Source: an uncultured Alphaproteobacteria bacterium (lineage in GTDB: Bacteria > Pseudomonadota > Alphaproteobacteria > RF32 > CAG-239). From it: a stretch of DNA of 64,000 nt. Numbering within the stretch: position 1 is the first letter of the stretch; the number at the start of each line of letters is the position of its first letter. Positions 48,383 to 59,600 of this stretch are shown here, piece by piece. The notes beneath the pieces were generated by a model, which ran no database searches, had not been told where the DNA came from, and saw only the letters and a list, made by a program, of their open reading frames with translations. The stretch is from NCBI GenBank assembly GCA_904501925.1, contig CAJGCO010000004.1, forward strand, positions 5,593 through 69,592. Direction: 5' to 3'. The translations under genes were made by a program, and so were the position numbers.

Positions 48383-48806
48383 TATTCACGGCACTCTTAT
48401 ATCTGTAGATGGTAAAGGTGTTTTACTTAAAGGCGAATCTGGATCTGGTAAATCTGATCTTGCTCTTAGATTTATAAAAAATGAAAAAGCTAAACTTGTT
48501 GCTGATGATAGAGTTGATATTGATATTTCAGATAATAGGGTTATAGGAAAAGCTCCTTTAATATTAAAAGGTAAGCTAGAAGTTAGAAATATTGGTATTA
48601 TAGAAGACGTGGAGACAACTAATCAAGTTGATGTTTTTTTATGTGTTGAACTTGTAAAAAATAGAGAATGTTTGGATAGATTACCTCAAGATGAATTTGA
48701 AATTATTTTGAATAAAAAAATTCCTAAAATAAAACTATATGCTTTTGATTGTTCAACAATTTGCAAAATTCTTGTAAAAATTAGTAGCATTATAAACAAA
48801 AGATGA
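48375..48806 (+). CDS. hprK: short HPr kinase/phosphorylase-like protein (C-terminal kinase domain only)
   Basis: HGTLISVDGKGVLLKGESGSGKSDLAL P-loop and VADDRV, GKLEVRNIGI motifs. 143 aa, like the truncated alphaproteobacterial HprK. Overlaps tsaE by 8 nt. Confidence 0.75.
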   Translation: MINIHGTLISVDGKGVLLKGESGSGKSDLALRFIKNEKAKLVADDRVDIDISDNRVIGKAPLILKGKLEVRNIGIIEDVETTNQVDVFLCVELVKNRECLDRLPQDEFEIILNKKIPKIKLYAFDCSTICKILVKISSIINKR

Positions 48807-48846
48807 TAAATATATAGAATAAAGTAAAAAGAGAGAGGATGTACAA

Positions 48847-49638
48847 ATGTTTATGAGGATGTTTGAAGCATTTTTAAGAGCCCTTGGAAGACCATTGGTT
48901 AGTTTTTTATCTTCGTTAGGTGATTTTGCATTATTTGTTGCAAAATCCATTTATCATTGTTTTATCCCTCCTTTTTATTTTAAGATATTTTTTAAGCAGG
49001 TGCTTGATATTGGTTTTTACTCTTTGCCTGTTGTAGGACTTACAACGCTTTTTGCTGGTATGGTTATCGCATTACAAACATACTCTGGTTTTACAGGCTT
49101 TAAAGCTGAAAGTGTTATTGCATCTGTTGTTTTGATATCGGTTACAAGAGAACTTGCTCCTGTATTATCTGCGTTGATGGTTGCTGGTAGAATTGGTGCT
49201 GCAATGGCTGCTGAGATTGGCACAATGAGAGTGACTGAACAAATTGATGCGCTTGTTACACTTTCTACAAATCCATTTAAATACCTTGTTGCTCCTCGTC
49301 TTTGGGCTGGATTATTAGTTTTACCTATTCTTGTTTTAATAGGTGATATAATTGGTATTTTTGGTGGATATATAGTTGGTGTATACAAACTTGGATTTAA
49401 CCCTGCAAACTATATTACATCAACATTTCAAAATTTACAAATGGTTGGTATTGTATCAGGTTTAGTTAAGGCAGGTGTTTTTGGTTTTATAATATCTATT
49501 ATGGGATGTTATAACGGATATAATTCAAAAGGTGGGGCACAAGGTGTTGGTAATGCAACAACAAATGCTGTTGTTTCTTCATCTATATTAATTTTGATAT
49601 TTAATTACCTTATAACAGAAATGTTCTTTTCTAGATAA
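48847..49638 (+). CDS. mlaE: phospholipid ABC transporter permease MlaE
   Basis: TRELAPVLSALMVAGRIGAAMAAEIGTMRVTEQIDAL signature. Confidence 0.9.
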   Translation: MFMRMFEAFLRALGRPLVSFLSSLGDFALFVAKSIYHCFIPPFYFKIFFKQVLDIGFYSLPVVGLTTLFAGMVIALQTYSGFTGFKAESVIASVVLISVTRELAPVLSALMVAGRIGAAMAAEIGTMRVTEQIDALVTLSTNPFKYLVAPRLWAGLLVLPILVLIGDIIGIFGGYIVGVYKLGFNPANYITSTFQNLQMVGIVSGLVKAGVFGFIISIMGCYNGYNSKGGAQGVGNATTNAVVSSSILILIFNYLITEMFFSR

Positions 49639-49649
49639 AGAGGTGTGGT

Positions 49650-50417
49650 ATGGTTAAAGAAGTTAAAATAAAAATTAGGAATCTACACAAAAGCTTTGGA
49701 AAAAAACATGTTTTAAACGGGGTTGACTTAGATTTATATAAAGGGGAATCGCTTGTTGTAATTGGTGGCTCAGGGACAGGAAAATCGGTTTTAATTAAAT
49801 GTATTCAAGGTTTGCTTAATCCTGATGAGGGAAGCATAGAAATTGATGGAATCGATGTTGTTAATGAAGATAAGACAACAATCGACAATATGCATGCAAA
49901 AATGGGAATGCTTTTTCAGGGTGGTGCTTTATTTGACAGTTTACCTGTTTGGGAAAATGTTGCATTTGATTTGGTGCAAAATAGAGGTGTTAGTAGAAAA
50001 GAAGCTAAAATTGTTGCAATAAAGGTTTTAAGACAAGTTGGGCTTAGTAGAGATATTGCAGATCTTTATCCCTCAGAATTATCTGGTGGTATGCAAAAAC
50101 GTGTTGGTTTAGCTAGAGCTGTTATAACAAAACCTGAAATTATATTTTTTGATGAACCAACAACAGGTTTAGATCCTATTATGGCTGATATAATAAATGA
50201 TTTGATTATAGAATCTGCAAAAGATTTAGGAGCCACAACTCTTACTATTACTCACGACATGGCTTCTGCTAGAAAAATTGCTGATAAAATTGCAATGTTG
50301 TATCAAGGAAAAATTATTTGGTATGGAACTGTTAAAGAATTAGATAAAACAACAAATCCTTACGTTAAACAATTTATACAAGGCTCTTCAAAAGGACCTA
50401 TAACTGTGGAGAAATAA
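49650..50417 (+). CDS. mlaF: phospholipid ABC transporter ATP-binding protein MlaF
   Basis: Walker A GGSGTGKS, signature LSGGMQKRV and Walker B IIFFDEPTTGLD. Follows mlaE. Confidence 0.9.
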   Translation: MVKEVKIKIRNLHKSFGKKHVLNGVDLDLYKGESLVVIGGSGTGKSVLIKCIQGLLNPDEGSIEIDGIDVVNEDKTTIDNMHAKMGMLFQGGALFDSLPVWENVAFDLVQNRGVSRKEAKIVAIKVLRQVGLSRDIADLYPSELSGGMQKRVGLARAVITKPEIIFFDEPTTGLDPIMADIINDLIIESAKDLGATTLTITHDMASARKIADKIAMLYQGKIIWYGTVKELDKTTNPYVKQFIQGSSKGPITVEK

Positions 50418-50418
50418 T

Positions 50419-51795
50419 ATGGCTAAAAAATCAACAGTTGATTATGTTTGCCAAAGTTGTGGTAGTGTTTATCCTAGATGGCAAGGAAAATGCGATGCTT
50501 GTGGAGAATGGAATACGATTGTTGAGGAAAAAAAATCCACTTCTGAATTTTCAAATATTTCTGAAAAGAAAAAAGGAAATCAGATAGATTTTGTTTCTTT
50601 AAATGGTGAAAGTCATACATATAAAAGATTAGTCACAAATTTATCTGAAATAAATAGAGTTTCTGGTGGAGGGCTAGTTCCCGGATCTGTTATTCTTGTT
50701 GGAGGTGATCCTGGTATTGGAAAATCTACACTATTATTGCAAATATGCGCAGGAATGGCAGATAAATTAAAAGATAATAGTTGTTTTTATATTTCAGGTG
50801 AAGAAGCTATTGATCAAGTTAGGATAAGGGCAAAAAGACTAGGACTTGCAGATACGCCTGTTAGGTTAGCTAGTACAACAAGTGTTAAAGATATTATTGC
50901 GACTCTAGAAAAAGAAAATCCATCTCTTGTTATAATTGACTCAATTCAAACAATGTATCTAGAAGATGTTGAATCTACACCTGGAAGTGTAGCACAAGTT
51001 AGAGCATGTGCATATGAGTTAATAAAAATAGCAAAAAAGAAGGGATTTATTTTATTTCTTGTTGGACATGTTACTAAACAGGGTGCGATTGCCGGCCCTA
51101 GAGTTTTAGAGCATATGGTTGATACTGTTCTTTATTTTGAAGGAGATAGAGGACACCACTTTAGAATTTTAAGAGCTGTAAAAAATAGATATGGCGCTAC
51201 TGATGAAATTGGTGTTTTTGAAATGCAAGACACTGGACTTGTTGAGGTTGAAAACCCTTCTGCTCTATTTTTAGCAGAGAGACAGGGGTGTATTTCAGGC
51301 TCTTGCGTTTTTGCTGGAATAGAGGGCTCAAGACCTTTACTTGTTGAAATTCAAGCTCTTGTTGGAAGTAGTGGGTACAGTGGAGCAAAAAGAGCTGTTG
51401 TCGGATGGGACTCTAATAGATTGGCGATGATTTTAGCTGTATTAGAAGCCAGATGTGGTATGAATTTTAGCACACATGATGTATATTTAAATATTGCAGG
51501 TGGTTTAAAAATATCAGAACCTGCAGCCGATTTAGCTGTTGCTATGGCTGTTATTTCATCTATGACCAACAAACCACTTCCATCAGATATGGTTGTTTTT
51601 GGAGAAATTGGTTTATCGGGGGAAATTCGCTCTGTTAGTCAACCCAACTTAAGATTAAAAGAGGCTCAAAAATTAGGATTTACAAATGCTATTATTCCTA
51701 ATTTATTTACAAACGATAAAAAACAAAAACTAATTACAAATATGTCCTATCATGAGATAGGTAATGTGCAACGATTGATTTCAAAATTTAGTTAG
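50419..51795 (+). CDS. radA: DNA repair protein RadA/Sms
   Basis: Zinc finger CQSCG...CDACGEWNT, Walker A GGDPGIGKST, KNRYG and a Lon-like C-terminal domain. Confidence 0.93.
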   Translation: MAKKSTVDYVCQSCGSVYPRWQGKCDACGEWNTIVEEKKSTSEFSNISEKKKGNQIDFVSLNGESHTYKRLVTNLSEINRVSGGGLVPGSVILVGGDPGIGKSTLLLQICAGMADKLKDNSCFYISGEEAIDQVRIRAKRLGLADTPVRLASTTSVKDIIATLEKENPSLVIIDSIQTMYLEDVESTPGSVAQVRACAYELIKIAKKKGFILFLVGHVTKQGAIAGPRVLEHMVDTVLYFEGDRGHHFRILRAVKNRYGATDEIGVFEMQDTGLVEVENPSALFLAERQGCISGSCVFAGIEGSRPLLVEIQALVGSSGYSGAKRAVVGWDSNRLAMILAVLEARCGMNFSTHDVYLNIAGGLKISEPAADLAVAMAVISSMTNKPLPSDMVVFGEIGLSGEIRSVSQPNLRLKEAQKLGFTNAIIPNLFTNDKKQKLITNMSYHEIGNVQRLISKFS

Positions 51796-51804
51796 GAGAT
51801 TTTT

Positions 51805-52533
51805 ATGGAACAATTAAATAATTTAGATGCTGTTATCTTAATTGGATTTTTAATATCCATGCTTGTTGCATTTATTAGAGGATTTGTTAAAGAAGTTTTA
51901 TCTGTTTTAGGATTGGTTTTATTTATTGTTTTAACACTTAAGGTCTCTCCTAGTTTTAGTTCTTTTGTAAATAAATACGTTGAAAGTGAAATATTATCTC
52001 AAACGATTGTTTTTATTGTTATTATGGCTGTTTTTTATTCTATATGGATTATTTCTACAGATAAACTTATTGCAAAGATTAGAACAAGCACATTAAGCTT
52101 TATGGATAGATTATTCGGGCTTGTTTTTGGGTTTTTAAGAGCTGTTTTGATTTTAAGCTTTTGCTTTTTTATTGTAAAAACAGTTTTACCTGAAGAAATT
52201 GAAGATGGAGATTTGAAAAAATCTAAATATTTCATGATGGCAGAAGGTTGTTCGAATATTATAGAAAAATTGCTACCTGAAGATATATTGAAAAAGACAG
52301 TAAAATCTGTTGAAGATAAAGTTGATGATATTAATAAAGTTAAGAAAAAAGATGAAAATAAAAAAATAGAAGAACCATCAAAAAAAGATCAAGAACAAAT
52401 GGATAAAATGTTTGAACTCCTTGTTAAGCCTGAAATAAAGAAAAAACATCAAAAAGAAGAAACACAACAAGATGGATATAATAGGGATGATATTGAAGAT
52501 TTAAATGAGTTAATAAACAATGCGACAGAATAA
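51805..52533 (+). CDS. cvpA: CvpA-family membrane protein with a charged C-terminal tail
   Basis: LDAVILIGFLISMLVAFIRGFVKEVLS pattern and 4 TM segments. Sits in the radA-cvpA synteny. Confidence 0.75.
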   Translation: MEQLNNLDAVILIGFLISMLVAFIRGFVKEVLSVLGLVLFIVLTLKVSPSFSSFVNKYVESEILSQTIVFIVIMAVFYSIWIISTDKLIAKIRTSTLSFMDRLFGLVFGFLRAVLILSFCFFIVKTVLPEEIEDGDLKKSKYFMMAEGCSNIIEKLLPEDILKKTVKSVEDKVDDINKVKKKDENKKIEEPSKKDQEQMDKMFELLVKPEIKKKHQKEETQQDGYNRDDIEDLNELINNATE

Positions 52534-53386
52534 GTTTTATATAACGTTTTGGTTTTTAATTGTTGTTAATGCTTTAGTTGTTTTTTTCTTATTTTATACA
52601 TATAAAAAACAAAACAATACTGAAGTTTTAGCTAATCAGCCCCTTATTTCTGTGGTTGTTACTAGTTATAATTATGAAAAGTATATTGAGAAAACCCTTA
52701 AATCCATTTTAAATCAAACTTATAAGAACTATGAAGTTATTATTATTGAAGATGGTTCAAAAGATAATTCATTAAATATAATAAAAAAATATACTGATAA
52801 ATATGAAAATTTTCATTTATTTACTCATGATAATCATCAGAACAAGGGATTAGTTGAAAGTGTTAAGTTGGGTATAAGTAAGTCTAAGGGTAAATATATT
52901 GCTTTTTTAGAAAGTGATGACTATTGGCATAAAGATAATTTATTAGAAAAGGTAAGATTAATAAATAAGTATAGTGATTTGGTTTTTGCTGCAAACAGAG
53001 TAGAGCCTTTTGGAGATAAAAATAGCTTAAAAATTAGAAGAAATTATATTAAAAGAATTAATGAAGTTTTATTTAAAGAAAAAAATATATTTCATCCTCT
53101 ACAATTAATAAAATTTAATATTATACCAACATTTTCATGCGTTATAATTAGAAAAGATGTTTTAGAAAAATTGAATTTTGATACGATAATTCCTCAATTT
53201 CTTGATTTTTGGTTATACAGACAAATATTATTGAATCATCCTTTGTATTATTCGAAAAAAGTTTTAACATATTGGCGTCAACATGATAGCTACTATAGTA
53301 TAAAAAATCAAAATAAAATCCAAACATCAATGGAAGATTTTATAAAAGCTAACAATGATGTTATCTTTAATCCAACAATAAAATAA
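52520..53386 (+). CDS. family 2 glycosyltransferase
   Basis: ISVVVTSYNYEKYIEKTLKSILNQTYKNYEVIIIEDGSKDNS and the LESDD (DxD) motif. Has an N-terminal TM. Confidence 0.82.
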   Translation: MRQNKFYITFWFLIVVNALVVFFLFYTYKKQNNTEVLANQPLISVVVTSYNYEKYIEKTLKSILNQTYKNYEVIIIEDGSKDNSLNIIKKYTDKYENFHLFTHDNHQNKGLVESVKLGISKSKGKYIAFLESDDYWHKDNLLEKVRLINKYSDLVFAANRVEPFGDKNSLKIRRNYIKRINEVLFKEKNIFHPLQLIKFNIIPTFSCVIIRKDVLEKLNFDTIIPQFLDFWLYRQILLNHPLYYSKKVLTYWRQHDSYYSIKNQNKIQTSMEDFIKANNDVIFNPTIK

Positions 53387-53410
53387 AAGCACCTCATTTG
53401 AGATGCTTTT
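53385..53410. terminator. hairpin between the convergent GT2 and tyrS genes
   Basis: aaagcacctca / tgagatgcttt, an 11-bp stem with one mismatch, followed by tatttgtttttt. Confidence 0.5.
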
Positions 53411-53419
53411 ATTTGTTTT

Positions 53420-54673
53420 TTATTCTAAAACTAAAAGTCCGTGTTTTTTCTTACCTTGAGATAATTTAATGTTTCCATCAATTATATCTTTAGGGGTTAT
53501 GATATAGTTTTCATCGGTAATTGTTTTATCATTTAATTTTAATCCAGATTGTTTAATTAAACGACGAGCTTCTCCTTTACTAGATACAAAACCTAACAAA
53601 ACAAAAGCTTCTAAAACATTTATACCATCTTTTGGTGCTGTTATTGATGGTAACTCACCACCTGCGATACCTTTTTCAAAAATTTGAACAGCTGTTTCTT
53701 GAGAAAGTATTGCTTCTTGTTCGCCTCGACAAATTTTAGTAGCTTCAAATGCTAAAATTTTCTTAGCTTCGTTTATTTCTTTATCTTTGAGAGCTTCTAA
53801 GCGCTCAATTTCATCTAATGGTAAATCAGTGTATATTCTTAAGCATTTACCAACTTCGGCATCGCCAATATTTCTGAAATATTGATAGTAATCATATGAT
53901 GGTAACTTTTCGTCATTTATCCAGATTGCATTTCCTTCTGATTTACCCATTTTTTTACCATTAGAATCGGTTATAATTGGGCTTGTAAAACCAAATAATT
54001 CTGTATTATATCGACGACGTCCTAATTCTGTTCCTGAAACAATATTTCCCCATTGATCAGCGCCAGCAATTTGAGCACGACATCCATATTTTTGAAGCAA
54101 CACACAGAAGTCATAACCTTGAAGCAACATATAATTAAATTCAAGGAAAGACATAGGTTGTTCTCTTTCTAATCTTGATTTTACACTGTCCATTGTAAGC
54201 ATTCTGTTTACAGAATAACATGTACCAATATCTCTTAAAAATTCTAAATAATTTATATCCTTAAACCAGTCATAATTATCAACCATTATAGCATCTGTTT
54301 TACCATCGCCAAATTTTAAGAATTTCATAAATGATTTTTTTAACCCTTGATTGTTTGATTGAAGTGTTGCTTCATCTAAAAATGGGCGTAGTTTATCTTT
54401 TCCTGATGGGTCTCCAATACGAGCTGTTGCACCACCAACCAATGTTATTGGTTTGTGGCCACATTTTTGAAACCACCTCATCATCATTAAAGGCACTATA
54501 TGACCAACGTGTAAACTATCTCCTGTAGGATCTGAACCAAGATAACCAACAGCTGGTATACCTTGTTTTTCACAATCTGCAAGGTATTCATCAAAAGCTT
54601 GTTCGTTTGTACATTGGTTATAAAAACCACGTGATTGCATTATATTTAAAAATTCTGATTTAAAAGTTGTCAT
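53420..54673 (-). CDS. tyrS: tyrosine--tRNA ligase
   Basis: HIGH-type motif (LHVGH), KMGKS and a C-terminal S4 domain. Confidence 0.93.
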   Translation of the reverse strand: MTTFKSEFLNIMQSRGFYNQCTNEQAFDEYLADCEKQGIPAVGYLGSDPTGDSLHVGHIVPLMMMRWFQKCGHKPITLVGGATARIGDPSGKDKLRPFLDEATLQSNNQGLKKSFMKFLKFGDGKTDAIMVDNYDWFKDINYLEFLRDIGTCYSVNRMLTMDSVKSRLEREQPMSFLEFNYMLLQGYDFCVLLQKYGCRAQIAGADQWGNIVSGTELGRRRYNTELFGFTSPIITDSNGKKMGKSEGNAIWINDEKLPSYDYYQYFRNIGDAEVGKCLRIYTDLPLDEIERLEALKDKEINEAKKILAFEATKICRGEQEAILSQETAVQIFEKGIAGGELPSITAPKDGINVLEAFVLLGFVSSKGEARRLIKQSGLKLNDKTITDENYIITPKDIIDGNIKLSQGKKKHGLLVLE

Positions 54674-54751
54674 TTTTACTTCCTTATAACTAAATTTTAA
54701 TGCATATTATCATATTATTTTGATAATGCAATTATAAAGAGGTATTTTTTT

Positions 54752-55846
54752 ATGATAATTAAAAGTTTGAACTGTTTAGGTGTTATGGGGGCTTCAACTT
54801 TTGGAGGGGTTGAGTTAGCGCTCATAAAAACAGATGGAATCGATATAATTGAGAGAAAAAAAGCACGAACAGTTCAATATCCTGATGACTTAAAAAATAA
54901 AATAAAATCAATATTAGGATTAAAAAGAGATATTGATGATAATGAAGAAAAATTACGTGTAGTTGATTTAGAGGTATCTGAATTTTATGTACAAATAATT
55001 AATGAATTTATTGAAGAAAGTTGTGAACATGTTGATGTTATTGGAATTGAAGGCCTTAATGTATTACATAACCCTAATATCGGATACACATATCAGTTAG
55101 GAAATGCTAGGTATATAGCAAAAAACACGGGCATTAAAACAGTAACACACTTTAGAAATGCAGATATTTGTAGTGGAGGACAAGGAACTCCTATTTCTTC
55201 GACGTATTTTAACTCTATTTCTAATCATGAAATAAAGCCTATTGTGTATGTAAACATTAGTGGCAAATCAAGTTTAACATGGATGGGGAGCTTTGGTGAA
55301 ATTGTTGGTTTTGATTGTGGACCTGGAGATAATTTTATAAACAGTTGGACATCAAAACATGCAAGCATGGACAATGATTATAATGGTAGACTTGGTGCAA
55401 TGGGAAGAGTGCATGAAAAAATTGTAAACTCTCTTATGCATCATAAATTTTTTGCTAAATTTCCTCCCAAATCTGCTTATACTGGAATTTTTGCAGATAA
55501 AGCCGAACACCTTGAGGGATTATCTTTAGAAGATGGAGCTGCCACAGCAACAGCTTTTGTTGCTGAAGCTATTTGCTATTCTATTTGTTTATATGTTCCA
55601 GAATTGCCTAAAAAAGTAGTTATTTGTGGTAAAGGTGCAAACAACCCTACCCTTGTTCGTTTTATTAGGCAAAGATTACCAAATATGGAGGTTATTATTA
55701 GCAAGGAAGATGATATTCCAACGGATACTGTTAATGCTGAAATAAGTGCTTTTTTAAGTGCTAGATGTATTTATACCTTGCCTATAACTTTTCCGTCTAC
55801 AACAGGAGTTTTAATGCCTATGTCTGGAGGTGAAATATATGAATGA
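54752..55846 (+). CDS. anmK: anhydro-N-acetylmuramic acid kinase
   Basis: ASKHA-fold N-terminus (GVMGASTFGGVE) and the CGPGDNFIN block. Has the family length and is divergent from tyrS, as in many alphaproteobacteria. Confidence 0.82.
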   Translation: MIIKSLNCLGVMGASTFGGVELALIKTDGIDIIERKKARTVQYPDDLKNKIKSILGLKRDIDDNEEKLRVVDLEVSEFYVQIINEFIEESCEHVDVIGIEGLNVLHNPNIGYTYQLGNARYIAKNTGIKTVTHFRNADICSGGQGTPISSTYFNSISNHEIKPIVYVNISGKSSLTWMGSFGEIVGFDCGPGDNFINSWTSKHASMDNDYNGRLGAMGRVHEKIVNSLMHHKFFAKFPPKSAYTGIFADKAEHLEGLSLEDGAATATAFVAEAICYSICLYVPELPKKVVICGKGANNPTLVRFIRQRLPNMEVIISKEDDIPTDTVNAEISAFLSARCIYTLPITFPSTTGVLMPMSGGEIYE

Positions 55847-56600
55847 ATATAGTATAGAGATTAGTAATATATCAAAAAACTATGGTGATATTTGTGCTTT
55901 AGATAATGTATCTATGAATACATCAAAGGGTGAGATTGTGGCTTTATTGGGACCAAACGGAGCGGGAAAATCTACATTAATGAATATATTATCAACATTT
56001 TTAAGCCCTACGTGTGGAAGTGTATTAGTTAATGGTTTTAATGCAGATGGTGATGATATTTTAATAAAAAAAGATATTGGATTTTTACCAGAAGGAGGGC
56101 CTCTTTATGGTGATATGAGTGTTGAGATGTTTTTAAAGTATATTATTGAGTTAAAACTTGATATTGATGATATAAAAGAAGATAAAAAAGAAATAAATAA
56201 AAGGTATAAAGAAGAACTAAAAAGAGTTATGGATTTAGCAAGAATTGAACATGTTTCAAAACAAAAAATAGAAACATTATCAAAGGGATATAACAGAAGG
56301 GTTGGTTTTGCAATGAGTTTGATTGGTAATCCTTCTATTTTGTTATTAGATGAACCAACAGATGGTTTGGATCCAAATCAGAAAGAACATTTTAAAGATT
56401 TAATAAAAAAAATGAAAAAAGATAAAACTATTGTAATTTCAACACATTTACTAGAAGAAGCTGAAAGCATTGCTTCTCGTATTATTGTAATGAACAAAGG
56501 AAAAATTGTTATTTCTGGAAAAAAAGAAGAAATATTATCTCAAACAAAAACAAAAAGTCTAGAAGAAGCCTTTAAGACTCTTACAAACCAAAAGGGGTAA
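55830..56600 (+). CDS. ABC transporter ATP-binding protein (GldA-like)
   Basis: Walker A GPNGAGKST, variant signature LSKGYNRRV and Walker B LLLDEPTDGLD. The start could instead be the ATG at 55839. Confidence 0.85.
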   Translation: MKYMNEYSIEISNISKNYGDICALDNVSMNTSKGEIVALLGPNGAGKSTLMNILSTFLSPTCGSVLVNGFNADGDDILIKKDIGFLPEGGPLYGDMSVEMFLKYIIELKLDIDDIKEDKKEINKRYKEELKRVMDLARIEHVSKQKIETLSKGYNRRVGFAMSLIGNPSILLLDEPTDGLDPNQKEHFKDLIKKMKKDKTIVISTHLLEEAESIASRIIVMNKGKIVISGKKEEILSQTKTKSLEEAFKTLTNQKG

Positions 56601-56604
56601 ACCA

Positions 56605-59600
56605 ATGAATACTAAATTGTTATCTATTATAAAATTTGAGTTTATGAGATTTTTCTTATCTCCTATTGCTTATGTTTATCTGTTTAGTTTTCTTTTGTTG
56701 AGTGGGGCTTTTGCTATATATTTTGGACATTTCTTTTATAATGGTTCTGCTGATTTATTTGCATTATTTGATTATCAACCATGGGTTTACTTATTGTTTA
56801 TCCCAGGGATTTGTATGAGATTGTGGGCTGATGAATTTAAAAGTAAAACTGCAACACAAATGCTAACACTTCCTGTATCATTGTCTGACTTTGTTTGGGG
56901 AAAGTTTTTTGCATCTTGGTTATTTTGTACGTTAGCTATTTTACTTACATTTCCATTTGTTATTACTGTTAATATTTACGGGAATCCAGATAATTTAGTT
57001 ATATTTATTGGATACTTGGGGTGTATTGCACTATCAGGTGTAATGATTGCTATTTCTCAAACAATGTCAGCTATTACCAAAAACTCTATAATTGCTTTAG
57101 CTTTATCTGTTATTGTTAATTTGTTATTTTTATGGAGTAGCTTTGATTATGTTTTATTTTGGGCTAGAAGATTATTTAGCGATGTGATTGTTGATACAAT
57201 AATTTCTTTTAGTTTTTTGGGGCATTTTTTCTCTTTTAGTAGAGGGCTTGTTGAATTAAGAAGTTTGGTGTTTTTTACATCAATAATAATTTTGTTTAAC
57301 TGGATAACAAAGATTATTCTTGAAATAAAAACAAAAGGTTTGTCTGAAACTTATTCAAAGACAAATATAAAACATTATTTATTGTATATTATTTTAGTTT
57401 TTATTGGTTTTTTTAGTTTAAATATTATTTCTGATAATACATTAAGGCTTTTTAATTACGATTTTACATATAATAAGGGATTATCTTTAACAAAAAACAC
57501 CAAAGATGTTTTAAGAAACTTAAAAAGACCTGTTATTGCTAAACTTTATTATTCTCCGATATTAGAAGAAAGAAATCCTGAAATTAGAGATGTTTTTAAT
57601 CAAATAAAAATAATGTTAAAACAGTATCGCTCTTATTCTAGAGGGAATTTTGATTTTCATATTTATAATCCTGTTTATTTGGATAAAAATGAAGATAAAG
57701 CGATTGAAGATGGGCTTCAACCAATACCATTGGTTGACATAAACCAAAATGCATTGTTTGGTATTACTTTTTCTGACAACCTTACAAATAAAAGCGTAAT
57801 ACCTTTCTTTTCGTTAGATAAGTTAGCTTTTCTTGAGCAAGATTTAACAACAGCCATTTATAAGTTATCTCACAAAAAAAAGACTTTAGGTGTTTTATCT
57901 AGTTTACCTGTAATGGGAGAAAATGTAGAAACAGGATTTTCTTATAAACAATGGGAAATATTTAGACTTATTGAAGAATTATATGATGTGAAAGTTGTTA
58001 AAGATATTAAGGATATGCAACAAAAATTCGATGTGTTTATGTTAATACATCCTCAAAATTTAACATCTGAATATATTGAAGAAATAAAAAAACAACAAAA
58101 GGTTTTATTGTTCTTAGATGTGGCAGACGATGCTTCTTTATTATATTCCCCAATTGGTGGAAGTTTTTATTCTTCTAATTTATATTCACTAAAAGATTAT
58201 TGGGGAATCGCTTTTTTAGATAAAGCAGTTGTTGCTGATTTTAACAACTCTATAATGGTTGATGAAACAAAAGAATATAGCAAGAATCCTACGTTTACTC
58301 AAGATTTACTTCAATTTAGAGTGACAAGAAATGAATTAAACCCTAGTCACAGAATTACTTATAAATTGGATAATGTTTTATTTTCTACAGCCTCAATGGT
58401 TTCTTTGTTAAAAGGGGTTGATGTTTCTTATTTTCCACTAATTAAAACTAGTAACAAATCTGGTCTAGTTGATGCTGATTTAGCAAAAAAGAAAAAGTCC
58501 CCTAGAGAGGTTTTGGAGAAATTTTCACCAAGTAATAATATTACTATTGTTGCAGCCGAATATTTAAGTAATGATGCTAAAAAACCCTTTAATGTTATTG
58601 CTGTTGCTGACACTGATATTTTATATGATAATTTTTGGGCATATAAAAAATCATTTTTAGATAAATCATATATTATACCTCTTTTTGATAATGCTAATTT
58701 TGTTTTGAATGCTCTTGATTACTTATCTGATAATGATGATTTGATTAGCTTGAGAGGTAAAAAATTAAACAAAAGACATTTATTTGTTATTGATGAGTTA
58801 AGAAGAAATGGTACTTATAAATATAAAATAAAAGAAAGTGATATTTTTAGAGCTATAGAGGGAGCTAAAGAAGCTCTTAAAGAAGTTTCTGTAAAAAGAG
58901 ATTTTGAAAATCGCAACCAATTTACTCCTGACGAATTAGCTGTTATTGGTAATATTAGAAAGGAAATTAACAATTTACGTCAACAATTAAGTGATATTAG
59001 AATTAATGCATATAATGACATCCAAAACATTGAAATAAAAGTTAAATTTTTTAATATCTACTTTATTGCGCTTTTAGTTGTTATTTTATTTTGTATTACA
59101 CAGATAAAAAATGTTAAAACATCTTTTGGCAATTTAAGGTGTTGTAATGTTTGGAATAAAGATATCTTAAAACTATTTTTAATTGTGCTTTTATTGTTTA
59201 TTAGCGCTGTTGTGGTAGTTATTTTTGATAATAAAAATATTGTTTCTAATTATGAAGGAAAAATTATATTAAAAGATTTAAATAATAAACTTAACTCTAT
59301 TGATAAAATAAAAATTCAAAAAGGAGATAATAGCTTATTATTTGTAAAAAAAGACAATAAGTGGATTATAGAAAACAATATTGACTTACCTGTTTATCAA
59401 GAACGAATCCGTAAATTTTTAATAACATTAAGTAATATGGTTTACTACGAGAAAAAATCAGATAGAATTGATGATATGAAGTTTTTTGGACTATCATCAA
59501 ACAAAGATAAAAACACTCCAACAACCAATATAGTTTTGTATGATAAAGATGGTAAAGAAATTGAATATATTGATGTTGGATGGTATAATGTTGATTTAGG

